Source of the DNA: a virus
Virus record (IMG/VR): IMGVR_UViG_3300028867_000005
Coordinates: 24,279 to 88,278 of that record
Length of the DNA: 64,000 nt
Direction: 5' to 3' (one strand)
The first letter of the stretch is position 1. Each line of letters begins with the position of its first letter. Position numbers and translations under genes: made by a program. The notes below the pieces were generated by a model that was not told where the DNA came from, did not search any database, and saw only the letters and a program-made list of their open reading frames with translations. Positions 1 to 10,400 of the stretch are shown in pieces.

Positions 1-215
1 CGGATTCCGCAGCAAGCACAATTTATTGTGTGCTCGTAAAACACCACAAAAGGTAAAAGCGCATTTCGCAACATGGCAAGCTGGTACTCGTATTCCTTTT
101 TCTGGTAGGCTGCGCCGGATAGATAGTGCCTGGCAATGCCCCGCATGGATTCAGGGCTATATTCCACCTCAACGCTTGCATATTCATTCGCTCTAGCTTG
201 TGCCTTAGTCGTCAT
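1..215 (-). CDS. hypothetical protein, runs off the window start (MTTKAQARANEY...)
   Basis: ATG at 215 overlaps the TGA of the upstream gene (TGATG); frame open to base 1. Confidence 0.55.
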   Translation of the reverse strand, partial: MTTKAQARANEYASVEVEYSPESMRGIARHYLSGAAYQKKEYEYQLAMLRNALLPFVVFYEHTINCACCGI

Positions 216-568
216 CACCCCACCTCCTTCTTCATCGCATCCAGCACCGCGTCAAGCGGCGTGGGGCCGCTGCCTTGCGCGGACATGTCACCCTTAGTCG
301 TCAAGTTAACAACATAGCATTTGTACGGCTCTAAATTAATCCGCTCAAAAATGACCCGCTTGGCTTTCGCATATCCGTTTTCCAGCAGCCACTCCAGCGC
401 CCGCTCTTTTTCTTCGAGGGCGGCGATTTTATTGGCTATTTCAGCTTTGATAATATTCGCCCTTGCCGCCTCTTCGCCACACAGTCCGAAGTTGCAGCCT
501 TCCAGCGCCACCCCGGAGCCTCTGCAGCGCGTACCGTACTGCTCAACCAACTCCGTAATCTTGCTCAC
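215..568 (-). CDS. hypothetical phage protein
   Basis: ORF 215..718 trimmed to GTG at 568, which overlaps the upstream stop (GTGA coupling). Confidence 0.6.
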   Translation of the reverse strand: MSKITELVEQYGTRCRGSGVALEGCNFGLCGEEAARANIIKAEIANKIAALEEKERALEWLLENGYAKAKRVIFERINLEPYKCYVVNLTTKGDMSAQGSGPTPLDAVLDAMKKEVG

Positions 569-885
569 GTCCCTACTCCTGCGCCATCTTCTACCCACGA
601 AAACTCGGCGACCGGGAAATGGGCGCGGCAACCAACGCAAAAAGTGCCACTGTAGAAAAATGGGTCTCTTGCGTATGTTTCGCACAGCGCCAGTCCCATT
701 TTTGTCTCGGTTCCACACTTTGAATGGATGTAGGCCCGACGAAGTGGGCGAATAAACCCCTTGGCGCGTTCTTCCGGTGTCAGCACTACATACGCCTTTT
801 GCATCCCGGTGGCAGGGTCTATCTCTCTGTGGTCTGGTGTCACTGGTCTGCCGTCAGTAAGACATGTTTTAGTCTCGTTTTGCAT
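565..885 (-). CDS. conserved phage hypothetical protein, putative Zn-binding (HxxC...CxxC)
   Basis: MQNETK start at 885; YVVLTPEERAKGFIRPLRRAYIHSKCG...TFCVGCRAHFP. Confidence 0.7.
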   Translation of the reverse strand: MQNETKTCLTDGRPVTPDHREIDPATGMQKAYVVLTPEERAKGFIRPLRRAYIHSKCGTETKMGLALCETYARDPFFYSGTFCVGCRAHFPVAEFSWVEDGAGVGT

Positions 886-1078
886 TTTCACACTCCGTAT
901 TAGCGGCTTCGATGATGGGCGAAAGATCAGACACCCATTCGTATTCGACTTTGAGCAAAACGTAATCCTTGGTAATGCCGGGATGTTGCGTGTAGACCCG
1001 CTTTGCTCGATCAAGATGCTTTATGAAGATTCCCAGTTTCCACCCATCAATCATAACAGCGGCTTTTTTAGCCATCAC
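869..1078 (-). CDS. hypothetical protein
   Basis: 69-aa ORF overlapping both neighbours in the same operon. Confidence 0.55.
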   Translation of the reverse strand: MMAKKAAVMIDGWKLGIFIKHLDRAKRVYTQHPGITKDYVLLKVEYEWVSDLSPIIEAANTECENAKRD

Positions 1079-1854
1079 TCACCCCCTGCCGCATCTTGGC
1101 CGGCCATTGCGGCGTCGATTGCTGCTTCGACCATTTCGATGGTTTTGTTAACGCAGCCGTTGCCGAAAAAGTCGATTACCAAACTTACTTCATAGTGCTT
1201 GCGTAGCCACTGATACCGCCGCGCATCCTTCACATCTGCCGCCGTGATGGTGGTGCACAAGCTTTCATCGGTCATGGAGTGTCGAAGTGCCACTTGAAGC
1301 CACGGTGCGTAGTTCTGCGCCAGCAACGTATCCTTTACGGCTTTTGCATCCCATTCCAGCGGACTAGTTACAGTCATGAGCCATTCCTTCCCGTTGAACA
1401 CGTCCCATAGGGCACATACCATCTCGGGATATTCCGGCAGCACCACCACGCACCGGTTCGCCTCAAGATCAGCGATGCGCTTGCTAAGTCTGCCTATTTC
1501 GCCCTGTTTATCGTCGCACTTGTACGCCTCGATATACGCCACGTAACCGTGTGCCCGATGGCAGACAACGTGCATGGTTCCTGCCAGCGTTTTCTCGCCG
1601 CGCAGTAGCTGGGTGTCGGCAGGAAGTTTCAGTTTTTCTCTGATCCACCGGGCTTCGTATTCCAACTCAGCGATACGCGCCTGCAAGGCGTCGATCTCGG
1701 GCTGGCGCAATTTCCAAGCCTTCCACGCACCGCGCAGCCAGTGGTCGCAGTAGCCTTCCGGCCCTGCGTCGCGCTCGTTGTTGAAGAACGTAGTCGAGAC
1801 GTACCCGACAGCCACAAGTGCCGCCTCAAACTCCGCCCGCATCTTCTCGCTCAT
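1075..1854 (-). CDS. mosaic phage accessory protein (Ead/Ea22-like modules)
   Basis: MRAEFEA...AWKAWK, LQARIAELE coiled coil and KDARRYQWLR...AAIDAAM modules typical of phage accessory proteins; ATGA coupling. Confidence 0.65.
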   Translation of the reverse strand: MSEKMRAEFEAALVAVGYVSTTFFNNERDAGPEGYCDHWLRGAWKAWKLRQPEIDALQARIAELEYEARWIREKLKLPADTQLLRGEKTLAGTMHVVCHRAHGYVAYIEAYKCDDKQGEIGRLSKRIADLEANRCVVVLPEYPEMVCALWDVFNGKEWLMTVTSPLEWDAKAVKDTLLAQNYAPWLQVALRHSMTDESLCTTITAADVKDARRYQWLRKHYEVSLVIDFFGNGCVNKTIEMVEAAIDAAMAGQDAAGGE

Positions 1855-2420
1855 GATTTCACCTGTTTCAGTGCTTCGATTGCTCTTTCGAGCGCGCGCG
1901 ACAGCCAGCGGATACGGTCCTTGGCAGCTGTCAGGTAGACAATCGGCATTTTTGCCTTACCGGCAATCACGTCATCCATCTTCGGATACTCATTGCCATG
2001 CATGAAGACGGCATTGGCAAGCTCGTCATCCGTCATATTGCCCAGCGAAAGCTGCGAGCGCTCACCGTCATAATGGCCTGCGTGCGGGTCTTTCTCTCCG
2101 GTCACTTTCCAGTGAGAGGATGGGGTGCTACCGCTATCAGCTAGCGGCGCAGCTTCGAGCATGGCTCTGTAGATATTTTTGGTGTCGCCGTCGCCGGTCA
2201 GTGTATGTTTCGGCAAGATAAATACCGCGCGCAGCATCGCCTCTGTCGGCTCGACCGGCACAATCCGATGTGTTGCCATGTTTATGGCAGAGTCCCGCAG
2301 CCGCTCCAACTCATCGATCAGAGCAAGCAGTTCTTCCGGGGTAATAATGACGATTTTTGGATTAGAACGAAGCCCACTGTTTGCAATGCGCCGCAGCGAT
2401 TCAATCTTATCGTGGGTCAT
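1851..2420 (-). CDS. hypothetical phage protein
   Basis: TPEELLALIDELERLR and VPVEPTEAML...YRAMLEAAP modules; ATGA coupling. Confidence 0.7.
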   Translation of the reverse strand: MTHDKIESLRRIANSGLRSNPKIVIITPEELLALIDELERLRDSAINMATHRIVPVEPTEAMLRAVFILPKHTLTGDGDTKNIYRAMLEAAPLADSGSTPSSHWKVTGEKDPHAGHYDGERSQLSLGNMTDDELANAVFMHGNEYPKMDDVIAGKAKMPIVYLTAAKDRIRWLSRALERAIEALKQVKS

Positions 2421-3424
2421 GACTTTACTCCTTCCATCTGCCGAACCCCTGCAAAAGCCACCATGCGCTTATAGATATCCTTGATCGTAGTCCAGGGGAT
2501 ATCCTTCTTGTTGGTCACCGTGCCTTCGTTGTCGCAGGTGGTGCAGGCCGTCTGCGAGAGGCCATCGTCAACGAAGCCGGAGCCGCCGCAGTCCTGACAC
2601 TCTTCGTCAACATCGACATGAAACTCGCCGATGCACTCCCGCTTCATTTTGTTGGTCACGTCGGCATCGCCGTTCGCGCGAATCAAAACGGCTTTGGCTT
2701 TCCATCCCTTGGGTATGGCAGCCTGCATCTTAATAAAGGCCTGCAGGAAGCGGGATGCGTAGGCCGTGGTCGATTCGACGGTGTTGTAGGCATCATCTTC
2801 ATGGCCAACAGCGATGGTCTTCTCATAACCCAGCAAGGAATTCGCTGTATCTGCAATATCGCCGAGTTCAAAGCCTTCAGGAAGCACCATAAGCGCTTCT
2901 CTTTTTTCCGTTAACTGTTCGGTCAATATTTTCACGCTATCAGTGGCTTGCTTATCGCGCATAATCATCCAGTCACGAACAGCATTTACTGATTCAGCAG
3001 TTCCATAAACGTAAAGGCCGCTTTCGCTTTCACCAACCTCAAGACGATTGACCGTTGTTGTCCATCCATCAGGAACGACGATACCCATAGCCGTCATGGC
3101 CAGCGTGAAAAACCGGTCAAAAAACTTCGGAACCATGGTTTCATATTCAGGCCGGCCGCTGACAGGAAAACCCAATTCCGTATCAAGATGATCAGTCAGG
3201 GCCTGCGTGCCATCGTGTACCGCATGCCATGCCTCGTCGAAGTCAAGACGCACGCTGTCGGTATCTCCGCCATGGATGGCCGCCACCATGAAACGGCAGA
3301 GCTGATCGTGCATATGCGCCTTGAGCGCTCCATCCTCGCGGCCGTCAGCATTGGAAATCAGATACTGCGTACAATCGCGCTCGAGGGCGGCCCAGCAGGC
3401 ATTTTTCAGGTAGGTGAGGCTCAT
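2417..3424 (-). CDS. multi-module hypothetical protein with C-terminal DnaJ-type Zn ribbon
   Basis: Start MSLTYLK at 3424; CQDCGGSG...CTTCDNEG near the C-terminus. Confidence 0.65.
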   Translation of the reverse strand: MSLTYLKNACWAALERDCTQYLISNADGREDGALKAHMHDQLCRFMVAAIHGGDTDSVRLDFDEAWHAVHDGTQALTDHLDTELGFPVSGRPEYETMVPKFFDRFFTLAMTAMGIVVPDGWTTTVNRLEVGESESGLYVYGTAESVNAVRDWMIMRDKQATDSVKILTEQLTEKREALMVLPEGFELGDIADTANSLLGYEKTIAVGHEDDAYNTVESTTAYASRFLQAFIKMQAAIPKGWKAKAVLIRANGDADVTNKMKRECIGEFHVDVDEECQDCGGSGFVDDGLSQTACTTCDNEGTVTNKKDIPWTTIKDIYKRMVAFAGVRQMEGVKS

Positions 3425-3585
3425 TTTGTGGTTTCCATCTTGTAGGCGCCTATCTTTCCTTCGCCACACGCGCATTTATAAAAACCGCGCTTTGAAAGCT
3501 GAATAGTGCTGAGTGATTCCTGCCGGATGGTCACGTTTTTTACGAACGTCCATTTATGGCGAGTACCATTGGTACATTTTTTCAT
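3421..3585 (-). CDS. small Cys/His hypothetical protein
   Basis: MKKCTNGTRHKW...YKCACGE, preceded by AAGGTGA RBS, coupled to both neighbours. Confidence 0.55.
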   Translation of the reverse strand: MKKCTNGTRHKWTFVKNVTIRQESLSTIQLSKRGFYKCACGEGKIGAYKMETTK

Positions 3586-3818
3586 TTCGTCACCTTTCTT
3601 GCCGCCTTGCGCTCCGCCTTCTCGCGCTCGGTATAAACCCGGTGGCACTCCGCGCTGCAAAAGCTTTTGTTATGCTGCGCGTGCACCTTTCCGCATTCGA
3701 GACAGGACTTTTTCCCGTCTCCCTTTTTATTGAACTGGGGCTGGCGCTCGGCTGGCATACCGCCAAACATGGCGCCAGTCATCCCAGCGATAAGCCTTAA
3801 AATGCTGATTCTTGCCAT
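3582..3818 (-). CDS. small Zn-finger protein (CxxC...FCSxxC)
   Basis: Start MARISIL at 3818 after GAGG; CLECGK...FCSAECH. Confidence 0.55.
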   Translation of the reverse strand: MARISILRLIAGMTGAMFGGMPAERQPQFNKKGDGKKSCLECGKVHAQHNKSFCSAECHRVYTEREKAERKAARKVTK

Positions 3819-3825
3819 TGTTACC

Positions 3826-4842
3826 TCAGAAGGGGATATCGCTTTCGCTGAGCACGGCATTGCTGCCGTACTGCTCAATGCGGTCCAACTCGTAGGTGGC
3901 GCGCGGGCCAAACGCCAGCTTCAGCCACAGGCGGCGGAAAACTTCGATGGAGTCGCGGCCACGCTCCAGAATCATCGTGGTGGCCGTGGTCACTTCACAG
4001 AAGCAAACCCCCATGATGTACTTGATGCAGATGGAGTAGTTGTCGGCTTCAACGAGAGTAGGCAGGATGCGCTGGAACATGCCCAGGTTATCCGGGTCAC
4101 CATGGGCCGCATAAAGCTTCTCGAAAACATTACCGACCATCACGCCATCCATCTGGTCGACGGTGCGCCGCGTGGATGGGTCGGATTTGTCTAGCGAGTT
4201 GGCGTGATCGGCGATGATGGGGGCCAGCATCCGCAGCAGTGTGCGCGTCTGCTCGTCCAGCAGGTAGAGCACGTTATTCAGCTTCTTGGCCTCGTCATGG
4301 TCAAGCTCTGCCAGTCGGGCCTTCAGCGCGTTCAGCATGGACGAGTAGTACCAGCCGATTTCAAAGGCGCCAGCGCCGAAAGCCTTCAGCGATTCCTTGC
4401 CTGAAGCCTTGAGTCCGTCAATGGTATCGCTGACGTTGTGCAGCTTGTCGGCCGCGATAACCAGCAGCGCATTGTCCTGCACATACACAGGATTGTGCAT
4501 ACACAGCAAATAGGACTGCTTGCGGTCCATCCAACTGCGCTTTTTTCCAAAGCTATCGAACTTCTTTTCAGAGCACGAAATGACAATGTTTTTTACGGCG
4601 ATGTCGAGTTCACCAACCAATTTCCAGTAGTGCGGCTCACAATCCTCCTTCACATCATGAAGGAGCGCAGCAGCTATCTGGGCTTCTGACCCGCCAGCCA
4701 TTGCCACGATGCTGGCGACCGCGACAGGGTGCCCGATGTAGGGCACGCCGCTGACTTTGCGGACCTGGCCAGCATGGGCGGCCTCGGCCACTTGCATTGC
4801 CGCCACTGTGAGCGGTGTCGTACAGAAGGAAGGGGTTATCAT
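3826..4842 (-). CDS. HD-domain hydrolase, Mesh1/SpoT-like (small alarmone hydrolase type) with C-terminal extension
   Basis: AHAGQVRK..GVPYIGHP, AALLHDVKED, ADKLHN motifs; GGAGAG RBS. Confidence 0.85.
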   Translation of the reverse strand: MITPSFCTTPLTVAAMQVAEAAHAGQVRKVSGVPYIGHPVAVASIVAMAGGSEAQIAAALLHDVKEDCEPHYWKLVGELDIAVKNIVISCSEKKFDSFGKKRSWMDRKQSYLLCMHNPVYVQDNALLVIAADKLHNVSDTIDGLKASGKESLKAFGAGAFEIGWYYSSMLNALKARLAELDHDEAKKLNNVLYLLDEQTRTLLRMLAPIIADHANSLDKSDPSTRRTVDQMDGVMVGNVFEKLYAAHGDPDNLGMFQRILPTLVEADNYSICIKYIMGVCFCEVTTATTMILERGRDSIEVFRRLWLKLAFGPRATYELDRIEQYGSNAVLSESDIPF

Positions 4843-4875
4843 GTGATTGCTCTCCGGTTATCCATTGCTCGACTT

Positions 4876-4889
4876 TATCAAATTTGAGT
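4876..4889. promoter_or_regulatory. palindromic operator copy TATCAAATTTGAGT in the spacer of a minus-strand sigma70-like promoter
   Basis: Lies between TTGCTT and TAAAGT (18-nt spacer) upstream of the HD gene; matches sites at 52830, 52862, 52918, 61501. Confidence 0.55.
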
Positions 4890-4946
4890 AAACACAAGCA
4901 AGCGGTAATGTATAAAAAAAGATGAAACGCGCTGCCTTCCGTTCGG

Positions 4947-4961
4947 TTGGGACGGTATTCT
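4947..4961 (+). promoter_or_regulatory. putative late promoter TTGGGAC-GG-TATTCT (leaderless to ATG 4969)
   Basis: Copy of GKGAC-NN-YANNMT motif; ATG 7 nt downstream, no SD. Confidence 0.6.
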
Positions 4962-4968
4962 TGATGCC

Positions 4969-6162
4969 ATGAAGATAGCCAAGCCACTGCTCATAGATAT
5001 AGGTTCGCTCGCTCCCGGCCGGACAGACCAGGTGCTGGACGTGATGTATAAGGCCATCGGCGACCCGCCCGGCGAGGATGCCGATATCTGGCATGAGCAC
5101 CCGTCTGCCTTCGTGCGCCTGCTGGTGGAACTCTTTACTAAGCGCGGCCTGACGCGGATAGCTGGCATTCACGCGGAGTTGTCCGCATGGCTGGCCGGCG
5201 AGAAGCACAATCCGTCCCTGCGCCGGGAGCCCCGGCCCGGCGAGGTGGCGCGCTGGACCCCGGCTGAGTTGAAGCTGGCGCGGCTGTACCTGGAAAGCCT
5301 GCCCCGCGACCAGTGGACGCTGGACGATTGGAGCCTGTTGATAGATTGCACGGTCGAGCGCTACATGCCGACCGTGGTGGTGCGCGAGGAAGCACAGTGG
5401 CTGGCGGCCAAGGCCTTCATGATGGGCGCCGTGCAGGCTGCCATGGGCACTGTAACGGACCCGCAGGCAGCGGTTGTCGTCAAACATCTCCCGTCCTCTG
5501 TGGATAAAGCAGTGGATGAATTCGGGCTGAGCAAGCTTCAGTCTTCTGTTTTGCGGTATGGAGCCGCCCGGTGCGCGGAGAATGTCCGTAACATGGGCGA
5601 TGCTGTCCGCCACCGGCTCCGTACAGTCATCATGGCGCACCAGGAAGGGGTCATGCTGGGTGACAAGCTGGCGACTGCTCATAGTCTCCAGACTCAGCTT
5701 TTTGACGCTTTTGGTAGCCTGAACCGGGACTGGCGCCGCATTGCGGTAACAGAAGCCGGCGAGAATGCGAACCAGGGCCTGATAGCCAGCCTGGCGCCCG
5801 GCGCGCGCGTGCAGCGAGTGGAGCGGTATGCTGGGGCCTGCCCCTTCTGCCGCAAGATAAACGGTGTCATCATGCGCGTGGCCAGCGCCAGCGATGAGAC
5901 ACTGGACGGTGACACTCAGGTATGGCCCGGCAAGACCAACATCGGCCGGTCAGCGGCGCCGCGCAAGCGCGTGGGTGATGTGCTGATTGAGCGCTCCGCG
6001 GCTGAGCGCTGGTGGGTGGCGGCCGGCGTGCAGCATCCGCATTGCCGGGGAACTTGGCTGTCGCTGCCAGGCATGACGGACGTGATGACGGATGCTGACG
6101 CAGCGCGCCAGTCCAGAATGGATAAGTGGCTGTCTGAACTTAATTTGCAGGATTTGAAATGA
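4969..6162 (+). CDS. MuF-like minor head / head morphogenesis protein
   Basis: RDWRRIAVTE, CPFC and HPHCRG motifs of phage Mu gpF-like proteins. Confidence 0.75.
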   Translation: MKIAKPLLIDIGSLAPGRTDQVLDVMYKAIGDPPGEDADIWHEHPSAFVRLLVELFTKRGLTRIAGIHAELSAWLAGEKHNPSLRREPRPGEVARWTPAELKLARLYLESLPRDQWTLDDWSLLIDCTVERYMPTVVVREEAQWLAAKAFMMGAVQAAMGTVTDPQAAVVVKHLPSSVDKAVDEFGLSKLQSSVLRYGAARCAENVRNMGDAVRHRLRTVIMAHQEGVMLGDKLATAHSLQTQLFDAFGSLNRDWRRIAVTEAGENANQGLIASLAPGARVQRVERYAGACPFCRKINGVIMRVASASDETLDGDTQVWPGKTNIGRSAAPRKRVGDVLIERSAAERWWVAAGVQHPHCRGTWLSLPGMTDVMTDADAARQSRMDKWLSELNLQDLK

Positions 6163-7454
6163 TAATTTTCCTGAAGGGCCATGTTGATGAACACCAGCGC
6201 CACTTGAAAAACGGAAAGGTTGTGCTTGTCCGCGCGCATGATCGGCTGACTAATCCACAGAGCCATGAAGATATCCGTGAGGCGATTGGTCGCCATGCTG
6301 AGGCTATGGGATTGGAAACGGATCGCCATAGCAGCGGTATTTCATCGTCACAATACCTGACGGTAACGCATCGTCTTAATGAAGACGATTCTGGTAAAGA
6401 CTACAAAATCCGTATATCCGACCATGTTTTGCCACCAACCTATAAAATGATGAATGGTGAGGCAGACTACGAAGTTTCGGTGCCAGGTAAAGAGCATCAG
6501 GATACCCACGGAGAATGGTCAGATGCTATAGACTTTCTCTCTCGCCGTACCGGCAAGCCAGTACCAAAGACAGTACAGGCCCGCATTGATCGTCTCAAGC
6601 AGGAAGAGGCCGACAAACAAGCTATGCTGCGAAGATACCAAGAGGAAGCAGTTGCCAGGCTCAATGCAGGGCAGGCTGAAAAGGCAAATATGCTTGCTGC
6701 TGCCGAAAAGTCATCCAATCCAGAAGTGGTCGATGCTCTGCATGAATTGAATATCATTCTTGAGGAACTTAAAGACAAGAATGTTACGGGGAACCGTAGG
6801 AACAAACTGAATCTGCGCCGTGATAAGAGACTTCTTGTAATAAAAGAATTACTGAGTGCACAACCAATGGCAAAGGCAATTGTATTCATGAAGGCCACAG
6901 CCGCAGAAGCTGCCGCCGTCATCCGCGACATTCCCAAGCAGAAGAAAATCCCCATGGTGCTGGCGCCGGACGCCTTTACCCCCACCACTCTCCCTGCCCA
7001 GCCGGTCTACATGCTGACGTTTCAGGGCATCGACGTGGCTATTGAAAACCGCGAAGGTAGCGTGCGCTCCGGGGTAGATCCAGACGGCAAACCCTGGCAG
7101 ACGCGGATGCTTTACCCCTACGGCTATGTCAGCCGCTCCGAAGGCGCCGATGGTGACGAGGTAGATTGCTATGTAGGGCCCAGCCAGCAGGCCGAGAATG
7201 TCTACGTCATCCACCAGCGCAAAGCCGGGAAGTGGACGGAGTATGACGAAGACAAGTGCATGCTGGGCTTCGATAGCATCGAGGACGCCAAGCTGGCCTA
7301 CATGAAGCACTACAATGACCCGCGCTTTCTCGGTGAGGTAACGACAATCCCTGTCGCTGAGTTCAAGCGCAAGGTGGCGGCTACAAAGAAAGCACCCGGC
7401 ATGATCAAGGCGCTTGTCGTGTTCCCAGCCGCGCAGACTGCTACAAAAAAATAA
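6159..7454 (+). CDS. polyvalent-type protein with C-terminal inorganic pyrophosphatase domain
   Basis: IENREGSVRSGVDPDGKPW...YGY...GADGDEVDCYVG...DEDKCMLGF. Confidence 0.8.
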   Translation: MIIFLKGHVDEHQRHLKNGKVVLVRAHDRLTNPQSHEDIREAIGRHAEAMGLETDRHSSGISSSQYLTVTHRLNEDDSGKDYKIRISDHVLPPTYKMMNGEADYEVSVPGKEHQDTHGEWSDAIDFLSRRTGKPVPKTVQARIDRLKQEEADKQAMLRRYQEEAVARLNAGQAEKANMLAAAEKSSNPEVVDALHELNIILEELKDKNVTGNRRNKLNLRRDKRLLVIKELLSAQPMAKAIVFMKATAAEAAAVIRDIPKQKKIPMVLAPDAFTPTTLPAQPVYMLTFQGIDVAIENREGSVRSGVDPDGKPWQTRMLYPYGYVSRSEGADGDEVDCYVGPSQQAENVYVIHQRKAGKWTEYDEDKCMLGFDSIEDAKLAYMKHYNDPRFLGEVTTIPVAEFKRKVAATKKAPGMIKALVVFPAAQTATKK

Positions 7455-7463
7455 GGGTGAGCC

Positions 7464-10400
7464 ATGATTGTCTTTCTCAAGGCTGAACAGTTTGGCCTGT
7501 TTGATGTTCCCACACTGGTCCATGGCTCCGTGAGCAAGACCGGTGTGGTGACCGCTCCGCATGTGCGCATGCAGAAAAAGCGGCTGGACGTGCATGCGCA
7601 CAAGCCTGCGCACGCTGCCATTGCAGAGCCTGACCTGTTTGCTGAGCCGCAGCCTATCGAGCCGGCACCAGCGCAACTGGCGGCAAAGCAGCCTGAGCCG
7701 GCCCCGGCCCCGGCCCCGCTGACGCTGGAGGATATGGTGGCAAAGCTCGGCAAGGACCGTATTGCCCAGGTCATGGAGCGCGGCACCCCGGATGAGAAGG
7801 AGACATTGATTGGCCTGATCGCCAATGCTGTTGGTAAGCCCCACAAGGAAGCGCGCGCGGCGCTGGAGAGCATGTTTCCTATCGCTCTGGTGCCGGTGCC
7901 GAGCGAGTCAACCCTCGTCGAGCACGTCACCGGGCGAGGCAAGACCTTGCGTGGAGTGATCGCCTCCGACTGGTCGAAAGATGAGGCCATGCTGGTTGAC
8001 CCCTATACCTTCAAAAAGGACGGCGGCTGGTTTGTCCGTGAAAAGCATCTTATCGATGGCCAGCTACCACCTCTGCCGTTGCCGTCTCCGGTCAACCCTA
8101 CATCTCCCGCCTCCTTTGCTGCCCCGCGCGAACCTGAGCCTGAGCCGGCGCCGGCCGCGCGCTCCGTCGACCTGGAGCAGCCATTTGATGCTGCCGCAGC
8201 TCCAGCCTGGGGCGTGAGTGCCGGCGTCACCCAGTCCCAGCGCAAAGAGTACAACCGGCAGGCCCAGGCTATTGTCGCCAATGGTGGCCCCCAGGATGCG
8301 GCCGAGCGCCAGCTGCTGACCATGTATTCCGGGAATGGCGGCATTGGTGACAGCCTCAACGAGTATTACACAGACCCCAAGGTCGCCGCGGCCATGTGGC
8401 GCGTGCTGCGCCAACTCGGCCTGAAGGAAAACGCCACGGTGCTCGAGCCGTCCTGCGCCACCGGGGTATTCCTGGAGACGGCGCCGGCTGCAGCTACCGT
8501 CACCGGCGTCGAGTTGGACCCGGTTAGCGCCAAGATTGGTCAGGCCCTGCACGGTGCCAAGCATGAGGTGCTGAATTCGAGCCTGGAGCGCTTCGCCACT
8601 CAGGATGGCCGCCAGTTTGATGCGGTGATTGGGAATGCGCCGTTCGGGCTGCGCGGCTCCATGCTGGCCGACGACAAGCGCCACCTGAAGACCGCTGAGG
8701 CCTATTTCCTGGATACCTCGCTGGACAAGTGCAAGTCTGGCGGTATCGTGGCCATGATCGTGCCCACCGGCGTCATGGACGGCAAGAATAACCGCGGTCT
8801 GCGTGAGCGCCTGCTGCGCAAGGGTGAGTTCCTGGGCGCCCAGCGTATGCCCAATACTGCCTTCGAGCACGGACATACCGAAGTTACTACCGATATCGTC
8901 TACCTGCGCAAGCGCCCGGAGGATGTGGCGGCCGCCCTTGAGCGGGTAGAGCAGGCTGACCTGCAGCGCATTGGTGTATGGGATGCCGATTTTCTGGCCG
9001 GCAAATATTTCACCACCAGGGGTGCGCCCAATATCTTTGGCAAGCAGGAGGCCGGCTGGCGTGCAAAGGCCGGCATCGGCTCAGACATTACTGTCAATGG
9101 CAGCATGGAGGGGGTGCCTGATGCGATTGCCGAGTTTGAGCCGGACAGCCGCGCGCAGGGCCCTGCCGACATGCCCAAGCTGCTAGAGCTGTTCCAGGAA
9201 AGCGACCATCCCCAGCTGATGGCCAACAGTCGGCGCCGCGCGTACACCGCGGCCAAGCCCGGCGACGTGCGCACTATTGATGGTGTGGCGTATGTCCTGC
9301 AGGGCGATCCGCCTCGCTGGCACCGCGTTGAAGACGTAGCCGCCACCAGCGGCATGGCTGATGCCGCCCGGCTCGCCACGCAGATAGGCCAGTTGATTCA
9401 GGCGCACGAAGAGGGCGAGGAAACCGACCATAAGCCCGTCATGCAGGCTCTGGAGGACTGGGTAAAGGCCCATGGTATCCCGTCGAAAAACCCTGAACTG
9501 CTGCTGGCCGCCAAGAGCGACAAGAGCCTGTATCGGCTGATTGGTTCGGTCGACCCCACCGGCAAGTTCTCCGATATCGTTTCCGGCAGAGCCCCGCGCA
9601 AGCTGGCCGGCGACTTTGATACGGTGGCACAGGGTCTGGCGCTGCAAAAGGGATCGTTTACGGCTGGCGACCTGGCTGCCAAGCTCGGCCGCAAGGATGC
9701 TGATACCGTGCTGGATGAGCTGTACGCCTCGGCAGACTATGCCCTGCTGCCGGACTCCAGCTGGACCACCATGAACCAGTTCGCATCCGGTGACCTGTGG
9801 TTGCGCTATGACGCGATGAAAAAGGTTCTGGATAACGACAAGCTTCCGCCCGAGCAGCAGCGCAAGTTCTCCAGCCAGTTGGAAGCCATCGAGCAGGCTA
9901 TCGACCCCAAGTCCCTTGAGGATGTTGAAGTCGAGCTGAACAGCGCATTCCTGCCGCTGTATGTGCTGGAGGCCTTCCAGAACCACAAGCGCGATGAGTA
10001 CCTGGAAAAATCCCCAGGCGCGATATCCTGGCTGACCCCGACGGAAATCACGCTGGACCATGCCATGTACAAGGTGCATGGCGGCCTGAATGTCGATCTT
10101 CTGGAACGCTACCTGAACCGTAACCGCGTGCAGAAAAAAGAGCTCCCCACCATCGAGGAATGGAATCAGGAGTTCAAAGAGTGGCTGTGCACGTCGGAGT
10201 ATCGTGATTCGGTGGAGGCCCTGTATAACCGCAAGTTCCGCGGCTACCGGCCGGAAGTCTTCAGCGATGAGACGATGGATATTCCCGGCATGGTCACAGC
10301 CGGCCTGAAGCAATACCAGTACGGCGGCCTGCGCTGGGCATTGCAGCGCGGCAAGGGCATTGTTGCTGCTGACGTTGGCCTGGGCAAGACCGTGCGCGGG

